A stretch of DNA of 61,364 nt, filler included, from 6 parts of 6 records of this genome joined end to end with filler, not necessarily neighbours in it; one strand, 5' to 3'. Positions 1-11,594 are shown, counted from the whole stretch's first letter. A program made the numbers and translations. Notes: generated by a model from the sequence alone, not told the origin.

Positions 1-1
1 C

Positions 2-199
2 ACCCAGATCGACCTGCCGCGCGGCGTGCCGTCGGGATTGCAGGATGCAGAGCGGTTGTTGCACACGATTCCCAAGATCAGCTTTAACTACTTCACATCT
101 AAGGATGTGGTGCGCCATCCGCTTGTCGCTGCGATCATCGAGGCGTATGAGGCGGAAGCCGAACGCGCTGCTGTCAAAAAGGCGGCCTCATCGGCTTGA
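2..199 (+). CDS. phoH: PhoH/YbeZ family ATPase, C-terminal part (truncated by window edge)
   Basis: Manual translation of frame 2: [13 protein letters not shown]...[17 protein letters not shown]; lies upstream of ybeY as usual. Confidence 0.92.
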   Translation, partial: TQIDLPRGVPSGLQDAERLLHTIPKISFNYFTSKDVVRHPLVAAIIEAYEAEAERAAVKKAASSA

Positions 200-244
200 T
201 TATGCGACAGGCGCAGGGAAACCTGCGCCGCGACGGAGCCGAAA

Positions 245-739
245 ATGACATTGGATTTAACCTTAGAAGATCCGCGCTGGATAAGCCTGCCGCCCGTGGC
301 GGAGCGGGCGATTTCAGTGACACTGGCCCATATGGGCTTGGATGCTGAAATGTGTGAAGTCAGCGTGTTGGGATGCGATGACGCGCATATTGCAGCGCTG
401 AATGCCGAATTTCGTGAGAAGCCGACACCCACAAATGTGCTGAGCTGGCCTGCTGAGGAGCTGGCCGCTGAAGAGGCGGGGGCACCTCCGGCACAACCCA
501 AGCCAGATTTTACAGGTGAAATTCCACTCGGTGACATCGCGATTTCATACGATACATGCGCGCGCGAAGCCGAAGCGGCCGATAAACCGATGGCAGATCA
601 TGTGGCACATTTGATGGTTCATGGGGTGTTACATCTGCTCGGGTATGATCATATCCGTGACCCGGATGCCACTTTAATGGAACGACTTGAGGTCGAGATA
701 CTTGGCAAACTGGGGATCGAAGACCCATATAGGGGATAA
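245..739 (+). CDS. ybeY: rRNA maturation endoribonuclease YbeY
   Basis: PTNVLSW, LGDIAIS and [11 protein letters not shown] metal motif. Confidence 0.97.
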   Translation: MTLDLTLEDPRWISLPPVAERAISVTLAHMGLDAEMCEVSVLGCDDAHIAALNAEFREKPTPTNVLSWPAEELAAEEAGAPPAQPKPDFTGEIPLGDIAISYDTCAREAEAADKPMADHVAHLMVHGVLHLLGYDHIRDPDATLMERLEVEILGKLGIEDPYRG

Positions 740-775
740 GACCGGGCCTTTTGGCTCACTTTTGGAATGGGAATA

Positions 776-1663
776 ATGGGCGAAACAGACGGCAGTTCTA
801 ACGCAGCGCAACGCGCGCAGCCACAGGACACGAATGAATTAAGTACTGAAAAGACAGGGCTTTTTTCCCGCATCAAAGATGCATTTACCTCACCTGATAG
901 CAGTGAGGTCTTGCCCGAGAATGGACATCCAGCTGTCGTGGCGGATCCCCATGGGATGATCAACCTGCGTCGTATGCGGGTCGAAGATGTGGCCATTCCA
1001 ACCGCTGAAATCGTTTCGGTCTCGAATTCGATCGCCAAAGATGAGCTGGTTCAAGTGTTCCGAGACAGCGGGCTGACCCGCATTCCTGTCTACGAGGGGA
1101 CTTTGGACACGCCGCTTGGATTTGCCCACCTCAAAGATTTTGCTCTGACCCATGGGTTTAATGGGAATTCCACTGATTTTGATCTGACGTCGATGCTGCG
1201 CCCGCTGTTGTTTGTGCCGCCGTCGATGCCCATTGGGGTGTTGTTGACCAAGATGCAGACCGAGCGCCGTCACATGGCGCTGGTGATCGATGAGTACGGT
1301 GGCGTTGATGGTCTTTTGACGATCGAAGATCTGATCGAACAGGTTGTTGGTGAAATCGCGGATGAACACGATACCGACGAAGATCAGCAATGGATCGAAG
1401 AAAAGCCAGGGTGCTACACGGCCCAAGCCCGAACGCCGTTGGATGAATTCGAGGCTGAAATTGGCCGGTCGTTGACCAATCACGAAGATATCGATGACGA
1501 GGAAATCGATACCTTGGGCGGGCTTGTCTTTGTTTTGTCCGGCCGTGTGCCTGCACGTGGCGAAATGGTGTCGCATCCAGATGGTTTGGAATTCGAGGTG
1601 ATTGATGCCGATCCCCGTCGCATCAAACGGTTGCGTGTGATCCTGCCCGACAGTAGCGAATGA
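776..1663 (+). CDS. corC: CBS-pair/CorC_HlyC Mg/Co efflux (hemolysin family) protein
   Basis: SGLTRIPVY, HMALVIDEYGGVDGLLTIEDLIEQVVGEI, C-terminal DADPRRIKRL; ybeY-corC-lnt order; alternative start 767. Confidence 0.93.
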   Translation: MGETDGSSNAAQRAQPQDTNELSTEKTGLFSRIKDAFTSPDSSEVLPENGHPAVVADPHGMINLRRMRVEDVAIPTAEIVSVSNSIAKDELVQVFRDSGLTRIPVYEGTLDTPLGFAHLKDFALTHGFNGNSTDFDLTSMLRPLLFVPPSMPIGVLLTKMQTERRHMALVIDEYGGVDGLLTIEDLIEQVVGEIADEHDTDEDQQWIEEKPGCYTAQARTPLDEFEAEIGRSLTNHEDIDDEEIDTLGGLVFVLSGRVPARGEMVSHPDGLEFEVIDADPRRIKRLRVILPDSSE

Positions 1664-3171
1664 CCCAGTCCGAGGGGCGGCCATTTTGGCAAGGCCTATG
1701 TGCCGTTTTGGTGCTGGGAGGTGTCGCAGCCTTTGGTTTGGCCCCTCTCTACGTCTGGCCCGCCACGGTGGGGGCGTTTTTGCTGCTTCCGTATGTCATT
1801 CGGTGTGCGCAGACGCGCAGGCAGATGGCGCTGTTGGGGTGGGGGTTTGGAACGGCCTATTTTGCACATGGGCTTGTTTGGATCGTTGAACCCTTTTTGG
1901 TTGATCCTGAGCGCCACGCCTGGATGGCGCCCTTTGCATTGCTGTTTATGTCGGCTGGCCTTGCCTTGTTTTGGGGGGCTGCGTTTTGGGGTTCTGTGCG
2001 CCTATCCCGCACGCCCGAGGGTCGTGTCTGGGCCTTGATTGCAACCCTGTCTTTGGCCGAATTCGCGCGTGCTTATGTTTTGACGGGCTTTCCGTGGGCG
2101 GGGCTGGCGCAGGTCTGGGTCGACACTCGCGCCGCGCAAATGCTTGCATGGGGTGGCCCCCATTTGGTTGCGCTGCTCTCGACAGGGGCGGCCTTGGCTG
2201 CGGGGCAATTGCTTGTTTCACCGTGGTCTCTGCGGCGTACCATTCTGGGCCTTCTGCCAGCGGCTTGTTTTGTCGGCGGGGGCTATGTCGCGGATCACCT
2301 GCAATCTCAGCCGTCAGAGACGGGTAAAGTTGTGCGTTTGATCCAACCCAATGCGCCACAGCACCAGAAATGGGATCCTGACTATGTCTGGCAGTTCTTT
2401 GAGCGACAACTGATTTTGACGGCGCAGGGGGATCGCCCTGACCTGATTGTCTGGCCAGAAACATCGGTGCCTCAGTGGCTGAACAATGCGGATCCGTTGT
2501 TGCAGCAGGTTGCTGTGGCAGCTGGAGGAACGCCTGTCGCATTGGGCATTCGCCGCGCAGAGGGTTCCCGGATATTCAATTCTCTGTTGTACTTGGATGA
2601 GACCGGCGCGCAGGCCAGTGTGTACGACAAACACCATCTGGTTCCGTTTGGCGAATACGTTCCGTTTGGGGATATTCTGGCTAAATTCGGGATCTACGGC
2701 TTTGCTGCGAATGCAGGGCAGGGGTTCTCGGCTGGGATTGGGCCCGCGCTTTTGTCCATGGGGGCGTTGGGGAAAGCTCTGCCTCTTATTTGCTACGAGG
2801 CGGTTTTTCCGCAAGATTTGAATGCTGCGCCAGAGCGCGCAGATTTCATTCTGCAAATCACCAACGATGCGTGGTTCGGGGCGCGGTCCGGGCCGTACCA
2901 GCACCTAGCCCAGGCGCGTATGCGCGCGATTGAACAGGGGGTGCCCTTGATGCGGGCTGCAAACACAGGCGTGTCTGCTGTCATTGACCCACGTGGTCAG
3001 GTTGTCGACAGCCTGCCGTTGGGCGTTTCCGGTTTGTTGGATGTTCCTCTTCCAGCCCCGTTTTCACCCACGGTTTACGCGCGGTTTGGCGATTTACCAG
3101 TTTTTATACTTCTTGTGTTAGGGCTCCTGACTGTGACCTTGCTGCAAGGATTGCACCGCCGCAACAAATAG
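1660..3171 (+). CDS. lnt: apolipoprotein N-acyltransferase
   Basis: N-terminal TM helices, [25 protein letters not shown] nitrilase triad. Confidence 0.97.
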   Translation: MTQSEGRPFWQGLCAVLVLGGVAAFGLAPLYVWPATVGAFLLLPYVIRCAQTRRQMALLGWGFGTAYFAHGLVWIVEPFLVDPERHAWMAPFALLFMSAGLALFWGAAFWGSVRLSRTPEGRVWALIATLSLAEFARAYVLTGFPWAGLAQVWVDTRAAQMLAWGGPHLVALLSTGAALAAGQLLVSPWSLRRTILGLLPAACFVGGGYVADHLQSQPSETGKVVRLIQPNAPQHQKWDPDYVWQFFERQLILTAQGDRPDLIVWPETSVPQWLNNADPLLQQVAVAAGGTPVALGIRRAEGSRIFNSLLYLDETGAQASVYDKHHLVPFGEYVPFGDILAKFGIYGFAANAGQGFSAGIGPALLSMGALGKALPLICYEAVFPQDLNAAPERADFILQITNDAWFGARSGPYQHLAQARMRAIEQGVPLMRAANTGVSAVIDPRGQVVDSLPLGVSGLLDVPLPAPFSPTVYARFGDLPVFILLVLGLLTVTLLQGLHRRNK

Positions 3172-3210
3172 CAATTGACCCTCTATCTCTCGACGCTTAT
3201 CTCATCTTGG

Positions 3211-3259
3211 ATTCATCACAACGGCTTCCTGGCGTGATGGATGAACCCCAATGGAGCAC
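3211..3259 (+). promoter_or_regulatory. SAM-SAH riboswitch
   Basis: Core CACAACGGCTTCCTGGCGTG inside stem ATTCATCAC(3211-3219)/GTGATGGAT(3234-3242); loop GCTTCC can pair with GGAGC (3253-3257), the metK ribosome-binding site; typical of Rhodobacterales metK. Confidence 0.93.
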
Positions 3260-3263
3260 TTAC

Positions 3264-4445
3264 ATGTCCCGACAGAATTATATTTTTACCTCGGAATCCG
3301 TCTCCGAGGGGCATCCTGACAAGGTTTGCGACCGTATTTCAGACGCTGTTCTTGACGCATTCATCGCAGAAGAGCCCGAAGCACGTGTGGCCGCTGAAAC
3401 CTTTGCCACAACCAACCGTGTTGTGATCGGTGGCGAAGTTGGCCTGTCGGACCAAGCCAAGCTGCGCGACTACATGGGCCGGATCGACGAGATTGCCCGC
3501 GCCTGCATCAAGGACATCGGTTACGAGCAGGATAAGTTCCATCACGAAACCGTGGAAATCACCAACCTGTTGCACGAACAATCTGCGCATATCGCGCAAG
3601 GCGTTGATGCCGCGGATGGCAAAGACGAAGGTGCCGGCGATCAGGGCATCATGTTTGGCTATGCCACAACTGAGACCGACGCGCTTATGCCTGCGCCGAT
3701 CCAATACAGCCACGCGATCCTGCGTCGCCTCGCCGAAGTGCGCAAAAACGGCACTGAGCCTGCTTTGGGCCCGGATGCCAAATCGCAGCTTTCCGTCATT
3801 TATGATGGTGGGAAACCAGTTGGGATCAGCTCGGTTGTGTTGTCGACACAGCACCTGATCGAAGAACTGACCAGCGCCGACATTCGCGCCATTGTTGAAC
3901 CGTATATCACCGAAGTCCTGCCCGAAGGCTGGTTGACCGATGCCACCGAATGGCACGTGAACCCGACCGGTAAGTTTGTGATCGGTGGCCCTGATGGCGA
4001 TGCTGGTTTGACCGGACGTAAGATCATCGTTGATACCTATGGCGGTGCGGCGCCACACGGGGGCGGTGCGTTCTCGGGCAAAGATCCGACCAAGGTTGAC
4101 CGGTCTGCGGCCTATGCCGCGCGCTATCTTGCCAAAAACGTTGTGGCCGCTGGCATGGCGGATCGCTGCACCATTCAGCTGAGCTATGCGATTGGGGTTT
4201 CCAAACCACTGTCGATTTACGCTGATACGCATGGCACAGGCGACGTTGACGCAGCAGCCATCGAAAAAGCGATTGATCAGGTGATGGATCTGACCCCACG
4301 CGGGATCCGGTCGCACCTTGAGCTGAATAAACCTATCTACGAGCGGACGGCAGCTTACGGCCACTTCGGTCGCGCACCAGAGGCCGATGGTGGCTTTAGC
4401 TGGGAGCGGACTGATCTGGTCGAGGCTTTGAAAAAAGCGGTCTGA
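3264..4445 (+). CDS. metK: S-adenosylmethionine synthetase
   Basis: [28 protein letters not shown] motifs; start moved to ATG 3264 after the riboswitch. Confidence 0.99.
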   Translation: MSRQNYIFTSESVSEGHPDKVCDRISDAVLDAFIAEEPEARVAAETFATTNRVVIGGEVGLSDQAKLRDYMGRIDEIARACIKDIGYEQDKFHHETVEITNLLHEQSAHIAQGVDAADGKDEGAGDQGIMFGYATTETDALMPAPIQYSHAILRRLAEVRKNGTEPALGPDAKSQLSVIYDGGKPVGISSVVLSTQHLIEELTSADIRAIVEPYITEVLPEGWLTDATEWHVNPTGKFVIGGPDGDAGLTGRKIIVDTYGGAAPHGGGAFSGKDPTKVDRSAAYAARYLAKNVVAAGMADRCTIQLSYAIGVSKPLSIYADTHGTGDVDAAAIEKAIDQVMDLTPRGIRSHLELNKPIYERTAAYGHFGRAPEADGGFSWERTDLVEALKKAV

Positions 4446-4470
4446 CCAACGGTTTCAGATCAGAATTTCA

Positions 4471-4500
4471 GCGGGCGGCCTTGAGGGTCGCCCGTTTTTC
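4471..4500 (+). terminator. rho-independent terminator after metK
   Basis: GCGGGCGGCC...GGTCGCCCGT hairpin followed by T-run. Confidence 0.8.
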
Positions 4501-4544
4501 ATTCTACCTAAGCGTTCTGTTGGCGTGTGGTTTGGGTATGAGTG

Positions 4545-5048
4545 ATGCAACGGATAATGGTTATTGGTGGCCCAGGGTCGGGTAAATCTACGCTGGCACG
4601 GATGTTGGGCACCCGGCTTGATTTGCCCGTCGTTCATATGGACCCGATTTATTGGCTGGGCGATTGGGTCGAGCGCAGCAAAAGTGACACCATGCAGATG
4701 GCCCGCGCTGCGGCAGATCAACCGGCTTGGGTGTTCGAGGGCAATCATTCCTCCAGTATGGAATATCGCGCTGAACGCGCCGACATGATCGTTCTCTTGG
4801 ACATGCCACGCCCGTTGCGAATGTGGCGGGTGTTTAAGCGGTCTATTCAATATTGGGGGCAGACGCGCCCCGATATGGGCCCCAATTGCCCGGAACGGTT
4901 TGATGCCGAGTTTTTGAGATTTTGCTGGAACTATGACTCCGATGGTCGCCTGCGTGCGTTGTCGTTTGTCGACGCTTGGCGGGCCAAACGTACAGTGCGT
5001 GTATTCCGCAGCCGATCTGACGTCGCTCGTTTTGTTGAGGGCTTTTGA
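4545..5048 (+). CDS. adenylate kinase-like / topology modulation (FlaR-like) P-loop protein
   Basis: IMVIGGPGSGKSTLA, WVFEGNH, RPDMGPNCPERFD. Confidence 0.85.
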   Translation: MQRIMVIGGPGSGKSTLARMLGTRLDLPVVHMDPIYWLGDWVERSKSDTMQMARAAADQPAWVFEGNHSSSMEYRAERADMIVLLDMPRPLRMWRVFKRSIQYWGQTRPDMGPNCPERFDAEFLRFCWNYDSDGRLRALSFVDAWRAKRTVRVFRSRSDVARFVEGF

Positions 5049-5127
5049 GTGGATCCGGCTGCGCAAATCCGCAGATGAGCAAGGGAAACCTTGCGTGTGG
5101 GGCATCTAGGGTTTATGGCCCCGGGCC

Positions 5128-5838
5128 ATGAGCACCGATCATCCCCAGCGCCCGCACCGCAACTTTTATGGCCGTTTCAAGGGCAAGCACCTGAAGCAGA
5201 GCCAAAAGACCTATCTGGATGAGGACCTTGCGGCCCTCTCACCCGGAGCCGTGGATTGGGAAACCAATCCCGAGCGCACCAATTTGGATCTGGATGGCTT
5301 GTTCGGCGGGCGCCCTGTCTGGTTGGAAATCGGTTTTGGTGGCGGGGAACACCTTGTTCATCAGGCGGCCAACAATCCGGACGTTGGGATTATTGGCGCT
5401 GAACCCTACATCAACGGTGTTGCGATGCTGTTGGGTAAAATTCGCCGCGCAAATGCTGATAATCTGGCAGTGCATCCCGGCGATGCACGCGATCTGTTTG
5501 ATGTTTTGCCGGATCAGAGCATTTCCAAGGCATTTCTGCTGTACCCTGACCCTTGGCCCAAAACACGTCACCACCGTCGCCGGTTCGTGACGCAAGAGCA
5601 TCTGGTCCCCTTAGCGCGTGTGCTTAAGCCCGGCGCGATCTTTCGTGTCGCGACCGATATCGAGGATTACGTGCGCCAAACTTTGGAAGAGGTGCCAAAG
5701 GCTGGTTTCGAATGGTTGGCCGAGCGTCCCACCGATTGGCGCGAACCATGGGATGATTGGATCTCGACCAGATACGAGCAAAAGGCATTGCGCGAAGACA
5801 GGGTGCCGCACTACCTGACATTCCGTCGACAGGGCTGA
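5128..5838 (+). CDS. trmB: tRNA (guanine-N7)-methyltransferase
   Basis: LEIGFGGGEHL, YPDPWPKTRHHRRR, ATD, TRYEQKA. Confidence 0.97.
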   Translation: MSTDHPQRPHRNFYGRFKGKHLKQSQKTYLDEDLAALSPGAVDWETNPERTNLDLDGLFGGRPVWLEIGFGGGEHLVHQAANNPDVGIIGAEPYINGVAMLLGKIRRANADNLAVHPGDARDLFDVLPDQSISKAFLLYPDPWPKTRHHRRRFVTQEHLVPLARVLKPGAIFRVATDIEDYVRQTLEEVPKAGFEWLAERPTDWREPWDDWISTRYEQKALREDRVPHYLTFRRQG

Positions 5839-5886
5839 GATCTGCGTTAGAGTGTTCTCATTGAGACACTCAAAAGGACGCATTTC

Positions 5887-6978
5887 ATGTCTGACATTCG
5901 TATCACAAATTGCCACACGCACCTGTTTCATTCCAAGCATGTGCCGGTGGATTATCCCTATTGGGCGTTGCGTCCATTCAAAAAGATGCCGCTTCTGATC
6001 AAAGGATTGGAACGCGGCATGGCCTTGATTGGGCAACAGCCCGTGGCTGAAAAGCTCAGCCGCCTGTATCGGTTCCAGCAAGAGACCCAGGAGGGCAGCC
6101 AGCGCGCCATCCTGGCCAACCTGCGTCAGCACTATCCGTCGAATACCCGTTTCGTCGTGTTGCCGATGGAGCTTTCAGCCTTTGGCTATGGCAAGCCCGA
6201 GGTTTCAGTGCGTGATCAGCATGACGAACTCGCAGCCCTGCGCCGTGATCCTGATGTTGGCCCCTCTGTCATTCCTTTTGCCACAATCGACCCGCGTGCA
6301 GATCCACGCGCGTCAGAGCTGTGGCGCGCCATCGATGAGCTGGGTTTTAAGGGCGTGAAAATTTATCCGCGTCTTGGCTTTGCCCCGGATGATCCACGCC
6401 TGATGGCGCACGTCTATCCCAAGATGGAGGAGTTGGGGCTGCCTTTGATGACCCACTGTTCCCGCGGCGGGGTGCAGGGCCGGACTTTGTCTGACCATTG
6501 GGCGGACCGCTACACCGATCCTGAGGCGTACATCCCGGTGATGAAGGCCTTTCCCAAGTTGCGCATCTGTTTGGCGCATTTCGGAGGTCAAAAAGATTGG
6601 GCCGCCTATGTGAACCCGGACCGGTCCACGCCTTTTGCAGATGAATACCGCGACAACTGGCAGGTCAAGATCCGTGAAATGATTTGCAGTGGAAAATACC
6701 CGGGCCTTTGGACCGACATTTCCTACACCCTGTTTCATTTTGAGGATTACGTTCCGTTCCTCCGCTTGTTTCTGGGCGGCGAGGCGCCGGATTCCGATGT
6801 TGATGAGGAAACCAAATTGCTGCGAAGCCGTGTTCTGTTCGGGTCTGATTTCTATATGACCCGACAGGAAGAGCTCTCTGAACGCGCCGTGTGTTTTCGT
6901 TTGCGCAATGCGCTGGGCGAGGACGTCTTTCGCCAGATCGCCGAAGAAAACCCGGCGCAGTGGTTGGGTGAGGTCTGA
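5887..6978 (+). CDS. amidohydrolase (Amidohydro_2 family) metal-dependent hydrolase
   Basis: CHTH metal motif, [31 protein letters not shown]. Confidence 0.88.
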   Translation: MSDIRITNCHTHLFHSKHVPVDYPYWALRPFKKMPLLIKGLERGMALIGQQPVAEKLSRLYRFQQETQEGSQRAILANLRQHYPSNTRFVVLPMELSAFGYGKPEVSVRDQHDELAALRRDPDVGPSVIPFATIDPRADPRASELWRAIDELGFKGVKIYPRLGFAPDDPRLMAHVYPKMEELGLPLMTHCSRGGVQGRTLSDHWADRYTDPEAYIPVMKAFPKLRICLAHFGGQKDWAAYVNPDRSTPFADEYRDNWQVKIREMICSGKYPGLWTDISYTLFHFEDYVPFLRLFLGGEAPDSDVDEETKLLRSRVLFGSDFYMTRQEELSERAVCFRLRNALGEDVFRQIAEENPAQWLGEV

Positions 6979-7054
6979 CCAGTGTCTTTGTTGCTGGACG
7001 CTTTGGCCCCAATTCGCTAATTCGCTGGGTAAGTCAGCGCAAAAGGAAGCTCTC

Positions 7055-8401
7055 ATGTCCGGACACGGTACGCCCATCCCGATGACGTCATCCCCCTGTG
7101 GACCGCTGAGCGGTGTGGCCGAGGTGCCGGGCGATAAGTCGATCTCGCATCGGTCGTTGATTTTGGGCGCGATGGCCGTCGGGGAAACCAAGATCACGGG
7201 CCTGCTCGAAGGCGAAGACGTGTTGGACACGGCCAAAGCCATGCGGGCTTTTGGCGCTGAGGTGATTGACCATGGCAATGGCAGCTGGAGCGTTCACGGC
7301 GTGGGCGTTGGTGGCTTTGCCGAACCTGAGAATGTGATCGACTGTGGGAACTCTGGGACTGGTGTGCGTTTACTCATGGGGGCAGTGGCAACATGCCCGA
7401 TCTCTGTGACGTTCACAGGCGACGCCAGCTTGAACGGTCGTCCCATGGCGCGTGTTACCGACCCATTGGCCTTGTTTGGCACGCAGTCCGTGGGCCGCAA
7501 GGGTGGACGTTTGCCAATGACACTCGTTGGTGCGGCTGAACCGGTGCCGGTTCGGTATGAAGTGCCGATGCCTTCTGCGCAGGTGAAATCAGCGGTATTG
7601 CTGGCAGGCTTGAATGCACCGGGCCAAACCGTAGTGATTGAAAAAGAAGCCACCCGCGATCATTCCGAGCGTATGTTGGCTGGCTTCGGTGCCGAAATCA
7701 CCACAGAGGAAACCGCGGAAGGGCGCGTGATCACTCTGACGGGCCAGCCAGAATTGAAACCACAAGTGATTGATGTCCCGCGCGATCCGTCGTCTGCGGC
7801 GTTTCCGGTATGTGCCGCTTTGTTGGCGCCAGGATCTGACGTCTTGGTGCCGGGCATTGGGTTGAACCCAACGCGGGCCGGGTTGTTCACCACCCTGCGC
7901 GAGATGGGGGCTGATCTGACCTATGAAAACGAACGCCTCGAAGGCGGTGAACCAGTTGCCGATTTGCGCGCACGCTATTCACCCAACATGGTGGGCGTTG
8001 TGGTCCCGCCCGAGCGGGCCGCCAGCATGATTGACGAATACCCTGTCCTGTCTGCCGTTGCCGCCAATGCCACCGGCATCACCATGATGGCGGGCGTTAA
8101 AGAGCTGCGCGTCAAGGAAAGTGATCGCATTGACGCAATGGCGCGCGGATTGCGCGCCAACGGTGTCGAAGTTGATGAAGGTGCGGATTGGTGGTCAGTC
8201 ACCGGCATGGGGATAGGTAATGTCCCCGGTGGCGGCACCTGTGAAAGCTTTATGGATCACCGGATTGCCATGTCGTTCATGGTGCTGGGAATGGGCGCGC
8301 AAAGTCCTGTGTCGGTGGATGATGGCGGCCCGATTGCCACGTCATTCCCGATCTTTGAGCCTCTCATGACGCAGCTTGGCGCAAAAGTCAGCCGCGACTA
8401 A
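7055..8401 (+). CDS. aroA: 3-phosphoshikimate 1-carboxyvinyltransferase (EPSP synthase)
   Basis: [35 protein letters not shown]; start at MSGHG. Confidence 0.98.
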   Translation: MSGHGTPIPMTSSPCGPLSGVAEVPGDKSISHRSLILGAMAVGETKITGLLEGEDVLDTAKAMRAFGAEVIDHGNGSWSVHGVGVGGFAEPENVIDCGNSGTGVRLLMGAVATCPISVTFTGDASLNGRPMARVTDPLALFGTQSVGRKGGRLPMTLVGAAEPVPVRYEVPMPSAQVKSAVLLAGLNAPGQTVVIEKEATRDHSERMLAGFGAEITTEETAEGRVITLTGQPELKPQVIDVPRDPSSAAFPVCAALLAPGSDVLVPGIGLNPTRAGLFTTLREMGADLTYENERLEGGEPVADLRARYSPNMVGVVVPPERAASMIDEYPVLSAVAANATGITMMAGVKELRVKESDRIDAMARGLRANGVEVDEGADWWSVTGMGIGNVPGGGTCESFMDHRIAMSFMVLGMGAQSPVSVDDGGPIATSFPIFEPLMTQLGAKVSRD

Positions 8402-8415
8402 CTGCGCGGTAAACG

Positions 8416-8439
8416 GCATGGGCCTGCAGTGGCCCATGC
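8416..8439. repeat. inverted repeat (REP-like or terminator) between convergent genes
   Basis: GCATGGGCC-TGCAGT-GGCCCATGC. Confidence 0.55.
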
Positions 8440-8448
8440 AGGGCGTCG

Positions 8449-8634
8449 TCAGACGTAGCCCATGGAATATACCATGGTTCCGGCTCCGATTAGAAACCAA
8501 ATGGCCAAGGTGAACCAATACAGACCCGGATTTTCGTCTCGGGCGATGGGTTCCCACAGGTATGTATACCCCATAAACAGATCTTTGATGGCCCATAGGA
8601 TCAAGCCGATCCCTACATAAAACCAGATATCCAT
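8449..8634 (-). CDS. small two-TM membrane protein (61 aa)
   Basis: Two hydrophobic segments flanking IARDENPGLYWF; SD GAGGA upstream. Confidence 0.7.
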   Translation of the reverse strand: MDIWFYVGIGLILWAIKDLFMGYTYLWEPIARDENPGLYWFTLAIWFLIGAGTMVYSMGYV

Positions 8635-8949
8635 GTTTGTCCTCGTTTGTGGTGCGTGACGTTTCGGTGCTTCGTAACAGCAGATGTGTGCCGGATCTCC
8701 TGCTTACAAGTGAATAAGATGAACGTTCACTAATTCTATCTGGTATGCTCACCCAGAGCCAGAATCAAGAGGCGACACATACTCTTTCAATTTGTGCTCC
8801 TGTGCCTGGTTTATTGTTCTTGAGAGAGGCATGACTACACGAACCGTATAGAAAGGGTCTGCCGCCGCCAGCATTTGCGTCTTACCGTACTGGGCAGGGA
8901 CCTTTGACTTGGCAGAGCTTCAGGTACTGGGCTTTGGTCCGATAATTGA

Positions 8950-9183
8950 ACTGGCCAATCACTCGGGCGGCAGTGGTTTGCCGTTCATATCCAAGAGCTG
9001 GGCACGGGCAAGGGCTCGCACGGAGATATGTGGTGGGGGGGGCATGCCGGCACCTATTTTGGGATTGATCCAAGCCAAGACATGGCGGTGATCTTTATGA
9101 TCCAAAACCCAGAACAACGGGCCTATTACCGCCCTGTGTTGCGCAATATGGTTTACAATGCGCTCACCAACTCGACGCAATAA
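8950..9183 (+). pseudogene. C-terminal remnant of a serine hydrolase (beta-lactamase-like family)
   Basis: Manual translation FAVH...[31 protein letters not shown]...[14 protein letters not shown]; in-frame TGA at 8947-8949; no SxxK-bearing N-terminus. Confidence 0.75.
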
Positions 9184-9287
9184 CACGGGATCGAGACCAG
9201 AGATTGGGTCGGTCTCAACACCTCTCTGGGATTGCATCCGCGGACGTGTCAGAGAATAAAAGGCCAAGTGATAGGAAAGAGGCACAG

Positions 9288-9905
9288 ATGCGGTTCACCA
9301 TAGCAATCGACGGCCCCGCAGCGGCGGGTAAGGGCACCATCTCTAAAGGGGTGGCCGGGCATTTTGGTTTTGCTCATCTGGATACAGGCCTGCTGTACCG
9401 TGCAGTTGGCCGGCGCACTTTGCTGGGGGAACAACCTGATGCAGCCGCTCTGGCATTGGTGGCTGAGGATTTGAACCGCGATGATCTGCGCACGGCAGAG
9501 GTGGCCCAAGCCGCAAGTCGGGTTGCAGTTGTGCCCGAAGTGCGCGCGGCATTGTTGGATTTTCAACGTGCCTTTGCCCGGCGCGCAGGCGGGGCGGTGC
9601 TGGATGGCCGCGATATCGGAACCGTGATTTGCCCGAATGCCGAAGCCAAGCTGTTCGTGACCGCCAGTGCCGAGGTTCGGGCCGAGCGACGCTATCTTGA
9701 ATTGACCGGAAACGGCAGCCATGTGACACGGGATCAGGTTTTGGCAGATGTCAAAGAGCGGGATGCACGGGATATGGAACGATCCGAGGCCCCCCTGAAA
9801 CCAGCAGCAGATGCCGTAACGATCGATACCAGCAACCTGAGCATTGCTGACGCGTTGCGCGTGGCTGTTGAGCAAATTCAGCTCAAGATTTCTGCGGCTG
9901 GATAA
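9288..9905 (+). CDS. cmk: cytidylate kinase
   Basis: [30 protein letters not shown]. Confidence 0.97.
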   Translation: MRFTIAIDGPAAAGKGTISKGVAGHFGFAHLDTGLLYRAVGRRTLLGEQPDAAALALVAEDLNRDDLRTAEVAQAASRVAVVPEVRAALLDFQRAFARRAGGAVLDGRDIGTVICPNAEAKLFVTASAEVRAERRYLELTGNGSHVTRDQVLADVKERDARDMERSEAPLKPAADAVTIDTSNLSIADALRVAVEQIQLKISAAG

Positions 9906-9921
9906 GCTCCAAAATAGCATT

Positions 9922-9946
9922 TGGGGCGCGACAGACGCGCGCCCCA
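9922..9946. terminator. hairpin between convergent cmk and YHS gene
   Basis: TGGGGCGCG-7 nt-CGCGCCCCA. Confidence 0.55.
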
Positions 9947-9955
9947 GATTAATGA

Positions 9956-10435
9956 TCAGAGTTCAGAAACGGCGGTGTGTTTGATCTGGCCCCATTGGGT
10001 ATCAGCGGTTTTTGCGGTGCCGATGACGTCTTTCATAAAGGCTTCGCGGGTTCCGGCGTTCAGGAACAGGAACAGCTTGCCATCGTGAACAAGGAACTGG
10101 TCCGGGTCACCGTCAAATTTCTTACCAACCGAAACACCAAAGGAACAAAACCCACCATGTTGTGGAACGTATTGCGCAGGGTTGGCTTCAAACGTCTTTT
10201 GGTTTTCTGCGCTGGCGAAATAGTAAGATGCACCATCAAAGGTTGCTGAGAACTCCGAGGTCCCTTCGACCGATTTGCCACTGCTCAGCAAGGCGACTGG
10301 GTCGGACCCGTGTACGGCCAGCGGGGCACCCGCTGCAGAAATTCCGTTCGAAACGTTGATTTCATCCGCTGCAAAAGCAGGCGCGGCAATCAGAGGCAGG
10401 GTGGCAAGAACGGCAGAGAGAATGAGCTTGTTCAT
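9956..10435 (-). CDS. secreted YHS-domain protein
   Basis: Signal peptide; GSDPVA, YYFASAENQKTFEANPAQYVPQHGGFC, DGKLFL. Confidence 0.88.
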   Translation of the reverse strand: MNKLILSAVLATLPLIAAPAFAADEINVSNGISAAGAPLAVHGSDPVALLSSGKSVEGTSEFSATFDGASYYFASAENQKTFEANPAQYVPQHGGFCSFGVSVGKKFDGDPDQFLVHDGKLFLFLNAGTREAFMKDVIGTAKTADTQWGQIKHTAVSEL

Positions 10436-10657
10436 CGTGTATCCTATCGTGTTTGACTGTGTGTTCCGGGTCTTGTTCGTCCCGATGAGGTCAACTTAGG
10501 CACAACACTTGATACGTTTAATCGCAGATCCGCCGAACAACTTTGCAGATCGTCCAAATGTCCGGGGGAGTGGTCGCAGACCTCAATCACCAATCTGTGT
10601 ATCGCGCTGACGCGGCCCCGCCTTTAGGCTGTGAGCAATTTCACAGGAGTTCACAAA

Positions 10658-11173
10658 ATGATCCGCCTTGCCCTTCTCTTGGTGTGTTTCGCGGCACCCG
10701 CTTTCGCGCAAAAGGCAGAAGAGCCGATGACCTATGAGCGTCTTGGCAATATCATCTTCACCTTAGATCCTGACGCGATACCAGAAGGGCCCGGTTTCCG
10801 CATGACTGTGGCCAACGTGCCTTTGATTGTGATTACGGATGCCAGTGCGGATCGGATGCGCGCAATGATCCCGATACGCTCAGCGCAGGGTCTGACTCCT
10901 GCAGAAGTGAGCCGGATGATGCAGGCGAATTTTGATACGGCATTGGATGCGCGATACGCAATCGCCAATGATACGTTGTGGGCGACGTTCATCCATCCGC
11001 TGGCACCTTTGGAAAAGGACCAGTTCATTTCAGGCCTCGCCCAGACAGTGAACATCGCCAAAACCTATGGGACGTTGTATTCAGGCGGCGCTGCCCAGTA
11101 TGGTGGTGGGGACAGTGGCAACTTGCAACGCGCTCTGATTGATGAGCTGCTGAAAAAGGGCGAAGAGCTTTAG
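10658..11173 (+). CDS. conserved exported hypothetical protein
   Basis: Signal peptide (AFA-Q); ANFDTALDARYAI...LWATFIHPL; SD AGGAG. Confidence 0.75.
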   Translation: MIRLALLLVCFAAPAFAQKAEEPMTYERLGNIIFTLDPDAIPEGPGFRMTVANVPLIVITDASADRMRAMIPIRSAQGLTPAEVSRMMQANFDTALDARYAIANDTLWATFIHPLAPLEKDQFISGLAQTVNIAKTYGTLYSGGAAQYGGGDSGNLQRALIDELLKKGEEL

Positions 11174-11213
11174 CGGCTCTTTCTGTGTCCTTCCCTGATG
11201 GTGGCCCGACCGA

Positions 11214-11594
11214 TCAGGCACTTTTCGGCTCTTTTTCAGCATCTTTGTCATAGCGCACGCGCGCTGAATCAATATTTGGCAGGTTTTCCAAAGCCCAGAG
11301 ACCGATCGCGGTGACGGGTTCGCGAAAAGACTCCCCCAAGGGCGTCAACGCGTATTCCACCTTGGGTGGGATGGTTGGGTAATAGGTGCGGCTGACCAAA
11401 CCGTCGCGCTCCATCTCGCGCAGGGTCAGGCTCAGCATCCTCTGTGAAATACCCAAGTGGCGCTTTAACTCATTGAAACGCAACACGCCGTATTGCGACA
11501 GCGAGATTACGATCAATACGCTCCACCGGTCACCGACGCGGCTCAGGACTTCGTTTATGCGTTGGCAGTCCGGGCATCCGTTTGCTTGCGCCAT
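11214..11594 (-). CDS. HxlR family winged-helix transcriptional regulator
   Basis: VGDRWSVLI, LRFNEL, ISQRMLSLTLREMERDG, PPKVEYALT; divergent from nitroreductase. Confidence 0.93.
   Translation of the reverse strand: MAQANGCPDCQRINEVLSRVGDRWSVLIVISLSQYGVLRFNELKRHLGISQRMLSLTLREMERDGLVSRTYYPTIPPKVEYALTPLGESFREPVTAIGLWALENLPNIDSARVRYDKDAEKEPKSA

Noticed and set aside
3207-3263. N-terminal extension of MetK in the ORF track
   Set aside because: It runs through the riboswitch; the real SD and ATG are at 3253-3266
9956-10435. YHS protein as a selenoprotein
   Set aside because: No internal in-frame UGA; Cys is present at the GGFC motif
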